A stretch of 37,822 bases of DNA, taken from contig DATIFW010000156.1 in assembly GCA_035455045.1 (NCBI GenBank), positions 1 through 37,822 of the forward strand. Direction: 5' to 3'. Every line of letters starts with the position of its first letter. Positions within the stretch are counted from its first letter, which is position 1. This DNA comes from Thermoanaerobaculia bacterium (GTDB lineage: Bacteria; Acidobacteriota; Thermoanaerobaculia; UBA5066). The notes under the pieces were generated by a model. It saw nothing but the letters and a program-made list of their open reading frames with translations. It was not told where the DNA came from and did not search any database. Shown piece by piece: positions 27,449-35,352 of the stretch. The position numbers were made by a program, and so were the translations under genes.

Positions 27449-28769
27449 CGTGGCGGAAGGCGACCGCCCCAAGAGCAAGCACTCGATCGTGTTCGACCGG
27501 GAGCTGTGCGTGGGTTGCGTCGACTGCTGCAAGTCGTGTCCCACCGGGGCGATCCGCGTACGGGCCGGGTGCGCCGTCGCTGACCCCGACCTCTGCATCG
27601 ACTGCGGCGAGTGCATCCGCTGGTGCCGGCACGGGGCGATGCACGCGGCCACAGCAAGCACCGCGGATCTCAAACGCTTCAAGTACACGGTGGCCTTGCC
27701 CTCGCTTACTCTTTACTCCCAGTTCGGCAAGGAGGTGGAGCCCGGCCAGGTGCTGCAGGCCCTCCGCAGCCTGGGGTTCGACGACGTCTACGACCTTTCG
27801 GCCATGTGCGACATGCACGCGAGCGCCACCGACGCCTACCTCTCGGAATGCCGCGGTCCCTGGCCGAAAATCTCGGTGACCTGCCCCGCGATCATCCACC
27901 TGATCCAGCTCCGTTACCCGGACATGATCGACAACCTGCTGCCGATCGAGACGGCGCGGGAACTGGCCGCCAAGCTGCTGCGCCGTCGGCTGGTGGCGGA
28001 AAAGGGGCTCGCGCCCGGCGACATCGGCATCTTCTTCATCACGCCCTGCAGCGCCATGCTGCAATCCATCCATCACCCGGAGGCCCTGGAAGCGTCGTAC
28101 CTGGACGGGGCCTTCTCCATCGCCGAGGTCTACGGTCCGCTGCTCAAGGCGATCGAGGCCTGCGGGCCGGTGGAGAATCCCCCGCCCATCAGCGAGCGCG
28201 GGCTGCTCTGGGCGATGGCGGGCGGGGAGATCGCGGGCCTGCGCAACGCCAACACGATCACCGTGGCCGGGGTGCGCGACGTGCTGCGGGTCTTCGACCA
28301 CATCGAGGAGGGCAAGCTTCAGGCCGTCGACTTCATCGAGGCCTACATCTGCCCGGACGGCTGCATCAGCGGGCAGCTCACGGTGGAGAACCGTTACGCC
28401 GCCCGGCGCACCGTGCAGCAGATCGTGCGCCGGCACGGCCGGCTCGCGGGCGAAGGGGCGGTCGTGCCCGAGGAGAAGGTGCGAGCGATGTTGCGGGAGC
28501 ACTTCTTCGACCTGGAGGAGCACCTCAAGGCGCGTCCGGTGCGCCCGCTCGGACGCGACTTGCGCGAGGCGGCCGCGCGCAAGCGAGAGGAAGAACGCGT
28601 GCTCGCGCAACTGCCGGCCAAGGACTGCGCGGCCTGTGGCGCCCCCGGTTGCGCCGCCCACGCCGAGGACGTGGCGCGCGGCCTGGCCGCGCTGGAAGAT
28701 TGCGTGTTCGTCCGCATCGAACGCCTGAAGGAGGCGATGGCCTCCACGAAGGAATCCGTCTATGACTAA
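27429..28769 (+). CDS. [FeFe]-hydrogenase large-subunit-like (H-domain) protein with degenerate H-cluster motifs, an N-terminal 2x[4Fe-4S] and a C-terminal RnfB-type Fe-S motif (putative sensory/regulatory)
   Basis: CVGCVDCCKSCP / CIDCGECIRWC. H-domain motif equivalents are VTCPAI (vs TSCCPxW), ITPCSAM (vs MPCxxKxxE) and EAYICPDGCISGQ (vs ExMxCxxGCxxGGGQP). C-terminal DCAACGAPGCAAHAEDVARG..DC. Confidence 0.8.
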   Translation: MRCDLSDVAEGDRPKSKHSIVFDRELCVGCVDCCKSCPTGAIRVRAGCAVADPDLCIDCGECIRWCRHGAMHAATASTADLKRFKYTVALPSLTLYSQFGKEVEPGQVLQALRSLGFDDVYDLSAMCDMHASATDAYLSECRGPWPKISVTCPAIIHLIQLRYPDMIDNLLPIETARELAAKLLRRRLVAEKGLAPGDIGIFFITPCSAMLQSIHHPEALEASYLDGAFSIAEVYGPLLKAIEACGPVENPPPISERGLLWAMAGGEIAGLRNANTITVAGVRDVLRVFDHIEEGKLQAVDFIEAYICPDGCISGQLTVENRYAARRTVQQIVRRHGRLAGEGAVVPEEKVRAMLREHFFDLEEHLKARPVRPLGRDLREAAARKREEERVLAQLPAKDCAACGAPGCAAHAEDVARGLAALEDCVFVRIERLKEAMASTKESVYD

Positions 28770-29163
28770 GCAGATGCTCGTGCTGGAGCTGTGCTGCCCC
28801 CAGTGCGGCGCGGCTCTCACCGAGGGCACGCGGGTGCGCCTCGACGGCCACGTGCGCCGTACCCACGAGCAGAGGGAGGTCTCCCTGAGCGCCGTCTTCG
28901 GCGACGACAGCGGGGAGGGCGACCCTGCCCTGAAGGAGGGCGACGTCGTCGATCTCAGCTGCCCCAAGTGCGAGGCCAGCCTGATGCTGCCGCTGGCCTG
29001 CAAGATCTGCGGCGCCCCCATGGCGTCGCTCAACATTGCCAAGGGCGGCACCCTCGAGTTCTGCACCCGGCGCGGATGCCGGGCCCACGCCTTCGGGGGC
29101 ACCGGCAACATCGACGACATGATGAGCCTGATGAATCGCATGTTCGAGACGCCCTACGACTAG
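28762..29163 (+). CDS. small Cys-rich (multi CxxC zinc-ribbon-like) protein of unknown function
   Basis: 133 aa. CPQC...CPKC...CKIC...C..RGC. The start overlaps the upstream stop by 8 nt. Confidence 0.55.
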   Translation: MTKQMLVLELCCPQCGAALTEGTRVRLDGHVRRTHEQREVSLSAVFGDDSGEGDPALKEGDVVDLSCPKCEASLMLPLACKICGAPMASLNIAKGGTLEFCTRRGCRAHAFGGTGNIDDMMSLMNRMFETPYD

Positions 29164-29187
29164 GAGACGACCGCGGGAGCCCACGAC

Positions 29188-29664
29188 ATGGATGCGCCGC
29201 GCCCCTACGACTTCAAGAACCTCCAGTACAGGGGCGAGGGCGGGGTCCTGATCCCGCTCCTGCAGAAGTATCAGAACGAGGACGGCTACATCTCCCGCGA
29301 GCGGATCGCCGAGATCCACAGGAAGACGGGAGTGCCTCTCTCGCAGATCTTCGGGGTGGCCACCTTCTACGCGCAGTTCCGGCGGCACCCCGTGGGCCGC
29401 AACATCATCAGGGTCTGCCACGGCACGGCCTGCCACGTGGCGAACGCCAGGGCGATCTCCAGGACCCTCGAAGACCAGCTGCGGATCCGGGACGGCGAAA
29501 CCACGCCGGACCGCGAGTTCACCCTCGAGACGGTGGCTTGCCTCGGCTGCTGCAGCCTGGCCCCGGTGGTCATGATCAACAAGGACACGCACGGCAACCT
29601 CAAGCCCACCGACCTTCGGAAAGTGCTCAGGCCTTACCGGGAGAAGAGGGCGGCAGGCCCGTGA
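29188..29664 (+). CDS. NuoE/HydC-like thioredoxin-fold [2Fe-2S] subunit
   Basis: LLQKYQNEDGYISRERI, VCHGTACHV and ACLGCCSLAPVVMIN cluster ligands. Confidence 0.9.
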   Translation: MDAPRPYDFKNLQYRGEGGVLIPLLQKYQNEDGYISRERIAEIHRKTGVPLSQIFGVATFYAQFRRHPVGRNIIRVCHGTACHVANARAISRTLEDQLRIRDGETTPDREFTLETVACLGCCSLAPVVMINKDTHGNLKPTDLRKVLRPYREKRAAGP

Positions 29665-31424
29665 GAATTCTCGTGGGTCTCGGCACGTGCGGAATGGCGG
29701 CAGGCGCCGGGGCGACCTACGCCGCACTCCAGGCCAGGACGGGAACGCTCAGCGGTCACTGCAACGTGGGGAAGACCGGCTGCGTGGGTATGTGCTTCCG
29801 CGAGCCACTCGTGGAAGTGCGCGAGGACGACGGGACGCGCTGGCAGTACGGGCAGATGACTCCGGAGAGGGTCGACCGCCTGCTCGAGGAGCACGTCGGA
29901 AAGGGCCAGCCCATCGAGGAGTGGCTCGTGTGGACCAGCGAAGGGAAGGGCCGGGAAAAGACGTTCCTCGACCGCCAGCAGCGCATCGTGCTGCGCAACT
30001 GCGGCCTGATCGACCCGGAGAGGATCGAGGAGTACTTGGAGGTGGGCGGGTACCAGGCCCTGAAGAGGGTCCTCGAACGGAAGGACCCTGACGGCCTCAT
30101 CAACACGATCATCGAATCCGGGCTGAGAGGGCGCGGGGGGGCGGGCTTCCTGACCGGGATGAAGTGGCGCTTCACCCGGCTGGCCTCGGGGAAGCAGAGA
30201 TACGTGATCTGTAACGCCGACGAGGGCGACCCCGGGGCCTTCATGGACCGCTCGGTCCTGGAGAGCGACCCCCACTCGGTGCTGGAGGGCATGGCCATCG
30301 CCGGCCACGCCATCGGCGCCACGCAGGGCTACATCTATGTGCGCGCCGAGTACCCCATGGCCGTCGAGCGGCTGAACATCGCCGTCGCCCAGGCCGAGGC
30401 GCACGGCCTCCTGGGTCACGACGTCCTGGGCACCGGGTTCGAGTTTCACGTCGAGCTGAAGGAAGGGGCGGGGGCCTTCGTTTGCGGCGAGGAGACGGCC
30501 CTCATCGCCTCGATCGAGGGCCGCCGCGGAATGCCTCGCATCCGGCCGCCTTTCCCCGCGGTCAAGGGACTGTGGGAGTGCCCGACCAACATCAACAACG
30601 TCGAGACTTTCGCCAACGTGCCTTGGATCGTGCTCAACGGGGCCCTGGCCTTCAACCGCCTCGGCACCGCCAACAGCAAGGGCACGAAGGTCTTCGCGAT
30701 GGCGGGCAAGATCCGGCGGGGCGGGCTGGTGGAGGTCCCGATGGGGATCTCCATCCGTGCGATCGTCAACGACGTCTGCGGGGGCATCAAGGAAGACCGG
30801 AAGTTCAAGGCCGTGCAAATGGGCGGCCCCTCCGGGGGCTGCATCCCCGCGGAGTTGCAGGACACCGTCATCGACTACGAGTCCATCAACAAGACGGGCG
30901 CAATCATGGGCTCGGGTGGGCTGGTGGTGCTCGACGAGACGACCTGCATGGTGGACGTGGCGCGTTTCTTCCTGGACTTCACACAGCGCGAGTCCTGCGG
31001 GAAGTGCACGTTCTGCCGGGTGGGCACCAAGCGAATGCTGGAGATCCTCGTCCGCATCACGGAGGGCCAGGGCCGGGAAGGGGACATCGAGAAGCTCGAG
31101 AACCTCGCCTCCCTCGTGAGGAACAACTCGCTCTGCGGCCTGGGCCAGACCGCCCCGAACCCGGTCCTCACGACCCTCAAGTACTTCCGGGGGGAGTACG
31201 AGGCGCACATCTCCAACCGCAAGTGTCCCGCCCACCAGTGCCAGGCCCTGCTCACCTATACCGTCAACGAGAAGTGCAACGGGTGCCAGGTGTGCAAGCG
31301 GGCCTGTGCGGCCAAGGCCATCACCGGCGAGAAGGGGAAGCCTCACGTCATCGATCACAGCCTGTGCGTCCGCTGCGACGAGTGCTATCGGGCCTGCCGC
31401 TTCGAAGCGATCACGAGGATGTAG
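29661..31424 (+). CDS. NuoF/HydB-like NADH-binding FMN Fe-S flavoprotein with an N-terminal [2Fe-2S] domain and a C-terminal 2x[4Fe-4S] domain
   Basis: GTG 29661 overlaps the nuoE-like stop (GTGA). GLRGRGGAGFLTGMKW, ICNADEGDPGAF, ESCGKCTFCRVG, SLCGLGQTAPNP. C-terminal CNGCQVCKRAC / CVRCDECYRAC. Confidence 0.9.
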   Translation: MRILVGLGTCGMAAGAGATYAALQARTGTLSGHCNVGKTGCVGMCFREPLVEVREDDGTRWQYGQMTPERVDRLLEEHVGKGQPIEEWLVWTSEGKGREKTFLDRQQRIVLRNCGLIDPERIEEYLEVGGYQALKRVLERKDPDGLINTIIESGLRGRGGAGFLTGMKWRFTRLASGKQRYVICNADEGDPGAFMDRSVLESDPHSVLEGMAIAGHAIGATQGYIYVRAEYPMAVERLNIAVAQAEAHGLLGHDVLGTGFEFHVELKEGAGAFVCGEETALIASIEGRRGMPRIRPPFPAVKGLWECPTNINNVETFANVPWIVLNGALAFNRLGTANSKGTKVFAMAGKIRRGGLVEVPMGISIRAIVNDVCGGIKEDRKFKAVQMGGPSGGCIPAELQDTVIDYESINKTGAIMGSGGLVVLDETTCMVDVARFFLDFTQRESCGKCTFCRVGTKRMLEILVRITEGQGREGDIEKLENLASLVRNNSLCGLGQTAPNPVLTTLKYFRGEYEAHISNRKCPAHQCQALLTYTVNEKCNGCQVCKRACAAKAITGEKGKPHVIDHSLCVRCDECYRACRFEAITRM

Positions 31425-31428
31425 GGGC

Positions 31429-34400
31429 ATGGAACTCGTCAAGCTCTACATCGACGGCAAGCGGGTCATCGCGGACAACCGGATGACGATCCTGGAAGTG
31501 GCCCGCGAGAACGGGATCACGTCGATCCCGACCCTCTGCCACGACGGTCGCCTCGAGCCCTTTGCCTCCTGCTACCTGTGCGTCGTCAAGGTGCGGGGTG
31601 GGCGCACTCTGACGCCCGCCTGCTCCACGAGGGTGGCGGCGGGCATGGTGGTGGAGACCTCCAACGCGGAGATCCGTCGTTCGCGGAAGGCGGCCCTCGA
31701 GCTGATGCTCTCCAACCACTTCGCGGATTGCATCGGCCCCTGTCAGCTGGCCTGCCCGGCCGGAGTGGACATTCAGGGCTACATCGCGCTCGCCGCTTTG
31801 GACAAGTACCGCGACGCCATCGCCCTCATCAAGGACCGCAATCCCCTGCCCGCGGTGTGCGGACGCGTCTGTACCCGGCCCTGCGAGGTCAAGGGCTGCC
31901 GGCGCACCCTGCTCGACGAGGCGGTGGGCGTCGACTACATCAAGCGATATCTCTCCGACCTCGACCTCGGCGACAAGAATCCCTGGCGCCCGAGCGTGGC
32001 CCCTCACAACGGAAAGAAAGTGGCCGTCGTGGGGGCGGGCCCGGCGGGGCTGTCCTGCGCCTACTACCTCGCCCTGCGCGGCTACAAGGTCTCGATGTTC
32101 GAGGCCCAGCCCGAGGCGGGGGGCATGCTGCGCTATGGCATCCCCGAATACCGCCTGCCGAAGGACGTCCTCGACCTTGAGATCAACCAGATCCTCGACC
32201 TCGGCGTCCAGCTCTCCACCAACGTCCAGCTCGGCCGCGACTTCACGATCGCAAGCCTCAAGCAGGTCGGTTACGACGCCGTCTTCCTGGGAATCGGGGC
32301 CTGGGACAGCTCCAAGATGCGCGTCGCGGACGAGGACTCCCCGGGGGTTCTGGCCGGCATCGAGTTCCTCAGGCAATTCGGCCTCAAGCGCAGGATCGAC
32401 ATCCACGGAAGGGTGCTCGTCGTGGGCGGCGGCAACACCGCCATCGACTGTGCGCGCACCGCCCTGCGCCTGGGCGTCGCCGAAGTGCGTCTCCTCTACC
32501 GGCGCACGCGCACGGAGATGCCCGCCAACCAGACGGAGATCGCCGAGGCCGAGCACGAGGGCGTGAAGATGGACTTTCTCGCCGCCCCCGTGCGCGTCCT
32601 GCGCGGCGAGAACGGCCGCGTGGCGGGGATGGAGTGCATTCGCATGGAGCTGGGCCAGCCCGACCAGAGCGGCCGCCGCAGCCCGAAGCCCGTTCGAGGC
32701 TCGGAGTTCCGCGTCGACTGCGATTTCGTGCTCGCCGCCATCGGCCAAGGCACGCGCGTCAAGGAGCTCGTGGACGGGCGGGTGCCCAACTTCCTGCCGC
32801 TCGGCGAGTCGCTGAGCCTCACGCGCTGGCAGACCGTGGAGGTCAACGAGCGCACGTTCGAGACCACCGTCGACGGCGTGTTCTCGGGGGGCGACGTCGT
32901 CACGGGAGCAGCCACCGCCATCGAGGCCATCGCCGCCGGACGCAAGGCCGCCTACGCCATCGACCGCTACGTGGCCACCGGCCGGGCCGAGCCCGAGCCG
33001 GTGGAGGTTTACAGCCGCAAGGACGCCTATCGGAAGGTCGACGTCGAGGACCTCCCGCCCGGCTCCGCAGACGGACGGCGGGGCATGCCCGTGCTCCTCC
33101 CGGCGGAGCGCGCCCTCAGCTTCGCCGAGGTCGAGACCGGCTACAGCGGCGAGGACCTGCGCCGGGAGACGGCGCGCTGCCTCGAGTGCGGCTGCACCGC
33201 TCTCTTCACCTGCGACCTGAGGCGCTACGCCACAGAGTACGGGGCCGACGTTCAGACGTTCATGGGCGAGGCCGTCGAGCACCGCGTCGACCGGCGACAC
33301 CCGTTGCTCGTGCTCGACCCCAACAAGTGCGTGCTGTGCGGCCGTTGCGTGCGGATCTGCAGCGAGCTCGTGGGGGTGGCCGCCTACGGCTTCGTCAACC
33401 GCGGCTTCGACACCGTGGTCAAGCCTGCGTTGGGCGACTCCCTGCTCGACACCGAGTGCGTGAGCTGCGGGCTCTGCATCGGCACCTGCCCCACGGGGGC
33501 CATCGCCGAAAAGCTCCCCCTCACCAAGCCCGGCCCCTGGAAGACCACGCGGGTGGAGTCGGTGTGTCCCTACTGCAGCGCGGGATGCCGGCTGGGCTAC
33601 GAGATATCCGGCACGACCCTGGTGCAGGTTTCGCGCGCGGCCGGAAACCCGGGCACCGGCGGCAACCACTGCAAGAAGGGCCGCTTCGGATACGGCCACG
33701 TGCAGTCGAAAGAGCGCCTGCGGTGGCCGCTGCTGCGCGTCGGGCGCGAGCTGCAGGAGACGAGCCTCGACGAAGCCCTGCGTTACGCGAGCATGCGGCT
33801 CAAGGAGCTCACCCGCCGCGTCAGCGGGGACCAGGTGGCGGTCTTCGTCTCCCCCCGCCTGACCAACGAGGAGATCTACCTCGCCCAGAAGCTGGCCCGG
33901 CTGGCCCTGCGCACGCACAACGTGACCTCGCTGACCCACCTCGTCAACCGCGAGCTCGAGGCCCCGGACGTGGTGTCCACGGCATCGCACGCGGACATCG
34001 CCGACGCCCAGGCCCTGCTCGTCGTCAACACGGCCCTCGACGAAGAGAGCTTCGCGGTGGACATCGCGTGCAAGCAGGCCATCCGCAAGGGAGCCCGCCT
34101 CGTCTACGTCGGCCCGGAGGACAACCGCACCTCGCGCTTTGCCGAGCTGCATCTGCGCTCCCTGCCCGGCGGACAGACTTTTGCCATCCTCGGCCTGCTG
34201 AAGGACTACGCCGCCCTCGAGCCGGGCGCCCTCGACGACCGGCCAGGGCTGTCCCGGGCGGTGGCCGATCTCTCCGACGAGCAACTCGAGAAGCTCTCCG
34301 GAGTGCCGCGCGCCGCCTCGCGCGAGGCGGCCGCCATCCTGTCGAAGACCATCCTCAAGGTGATGCTGTTCAACAAGGACTACCGTGGCGCGCGACAGGC

Positions 34401-35199
34401 CCACGACGAGCGGCTCTTCGCCGAGGCGGCCGCGGCCCTGGGCTGCTCGGTTCTCGCGCTACGCGAAAAGGCGAACACCCAGGGGCTGCTCGACATGGGC
34501 GCCGACCCGCGATGGCTGCCCGGTTACGTCGACCCCGAGGGCGGCGAGGCCCTGGAGCAGATGGAGAAAGAGCTGGGGGTGGTCCTGCGCGAACTCTCTC
34601 CGCCCGGACTGGACGTGGCCCAGCTCCTGCGCGAAAAGAAGATCAAGGTCGCCGTCGTGCTCGGCGAGGACCCGGTGGGCGCCGCCGGGTTCCCGCAGGA
34701 CCTGCGCGACGGCCTCCTCGCCGCCGATTTCCTGCTCGTGGGCGACCTCTTCCTCACCGCGACGGCGGCCAGCGCGACCGTGGCCTTGCCGCTGTCGAGC
34801 ACGGGGGAGACGAGCGGCACCATGACCAATGCCGAGCGTCGCGTTCAGCGGTTGCAGCGGGCGGTGCCCCCCGTGGGTGGGATCGAGACGTGGGAGATCC
34901 TCAGCCAGCTCGCCGGCCAGCTCGGCTACCGGTTCAAGATGAAGTACGGGTCCGTGCAGGACGTGACCGCGGAGATCCAACGGGTGGTGCCGATCTGGGC
35001 GGGGCTCGACCTCGACTCCGCGGGTGCGGTCTGGAATGCGGACGGCTTCAAGCTGCCCAAGGTCCCGTTCACCGGGTTGGGAAAGCCGGTCGCCCCCGTG
35101 CCCACCCTCGGGCTCGACAACCTCGAGGTCCGCTTCGGGACCTGGTTCGACACGATCTTCGAAAAGGCCCGCGCGGCGCCGCCCGTCGTCTCGCTGTAA
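31429..35199 (+). CDS. 1256-aa fusion: NuoG/HydA-type N-terminal [2Fe-2S] + GltD-like Fe-S/FAD/NAD(P)H oxidoreductase + 2x[4Fe-4S] + Mo-bisPGD-type [4Fe-4S] + truncated formate-dehydrogenase-alpha-like domain
   Basis: CHDGRLEPFASCYLCVV. GltD blocks CIGPCQLACPAG..PLPAVCGRVCTRPCE, KKVAVVGAGPAGLSCAYYL, LVVGGGNTAIDCART. CVLCGRCVRIC / CVSCGLCIGTCP. VCPYCSAGC...NHCKKGR. FDH-like blocks REKANTQGLLDMGADPRWLPGY and VVLGEDPV. The ORF is uninterrupted (no in-frame TGA). ATG 31429 lies 4 nt after the upstream stop. Confidence 0.85.
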   Translation: MELVKLYIDGKRVIADNRMTILEVARENGITSIPTLCHDGRLEPFASCYLCVVKVRGGRTLTPACSTRVAAGMVVETSNAEIRRSRKAALELMLSNHFADCIGPCQLACPAGVDIQGYIALAALDKYRDAIALIKDRNPLPAVCGRVCTRPCEVKGCRRTLLDEAVGVDYIKRYLSDLDLGDKNPWRPSVAPHNGKKVAVVGAGPAGLSCAYYLALRGYKVSMFEAQPEAGGMLRYGIPEYRLPKDVLDLEINQILDLGVQLSTNVQLGRDFTIASLKQVGYDAVFLGIGAWDSSKMRVADEDSPGVLAGIEFLRQFGLKRRIDIHGRVLVVGGGNTAIDCARTALRLGVAEVRLLYRRTRTEMPANQTEIAEAEHEGVKMDFLAAPVRVLRGENGRVAGMECIRMELGQPDQSGRRSPKPVRGSEFRVDCDFVLAAIGQGTRVKELVDGRVPNFLPLGESLSLTRWQTVEVNERTFETTVDGVFSGGDVVTGAATAIEAIAAGRKAAYAIDRYVATGRAEPEPVEVYSRKDAYRKVDVEDLPPGSADGRRGMPVLLPAERALSFAEVETGYSGEDLRRETARCLECGCTALFTCDLRRYATEYGADVQTFMGEAVEHRVDRRHPLLVLDPNKCVLCGRCVRICSELVGVAAYGFVNRGFDTVVKPALGDSLLDTECVSCGLCIGTCPTGAIAEKLPLTKPGPWKTTRVESVCPYCSAGCRLGYEISGTTLVQVSRAAGNPGTGGNHCKKGRFGYGHVQSKERLRWPLLRVGRELQETSLDEALRYASMRLKELTRRVSGDQVAVFVSPRLTNEEIYLAQKLARLALRTHNVTSLTHLVNRELEAPDVVSTASHADIADAQALLVVNTALDEESFAVDIACKQAIRKGARLVYVGPEDNRTSRFAELHLRSLPGGQTFAILGLLKDYAALEPGALDDRPGLSRAVADLSDEQLEKLSGVPRAASREAAAILSKTILKVMLFNKDYRGARQAHDERLFAEAAAALGCSVLALREKANTQGLLDMGADPRWLPGYVDPEGGEALEQMEKELGVVLRELSPPGLDVAQLLREKKIKVAVVLGEDPVGAAGFPQDLRDGLLAADFLLVGDLFLTATAASATVALPLSSTGETSGTMTNAERRVQRLQRAVPPVGGIETWEILSQLAGQLGYRFKMKYGSVQDVTAEIQRVVPIWAGLDLDSAGAVWNADGFKLPKVPFTGLGKPVAPVPTLGLDNLEVRFGTWFDTIFEKARAAPPVVSL

Positions 35200-35352
35200 G
35201 CGCTCGACTGGTCTCCTTAAGATCGTCCAGGGGTCGTGAAGCCCATGGGCGGTCCCGTAACTTCAGGGTGCACCGTGCCGACGAGCGACGAGATCACGCG
35301 CCAAGTCGTGAAGCGGTTCGAGAACTGACGAGGGACTAGACTCTTTCGTAGC

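Noticed and set aside
31429-35199. Selenocysteine (in-frame TGA + SECIS) in the formate-dehydrogenase-like domain
   Set aside because: The ORF is uninterrupted, with no in-frame TGA, and the aligned active-site segment has neither Cys nor a stop codon, so there is no evidence for Sec recoding.
35237-35328. Small ORF (VKPMGGPVTSGCTVPTSDEITRQVVKRFEN) in the gap after the fusion gene
   Set aside because: It is too short, has no motif or ribosome-binding site, and cannot be supported from the sequence alone.
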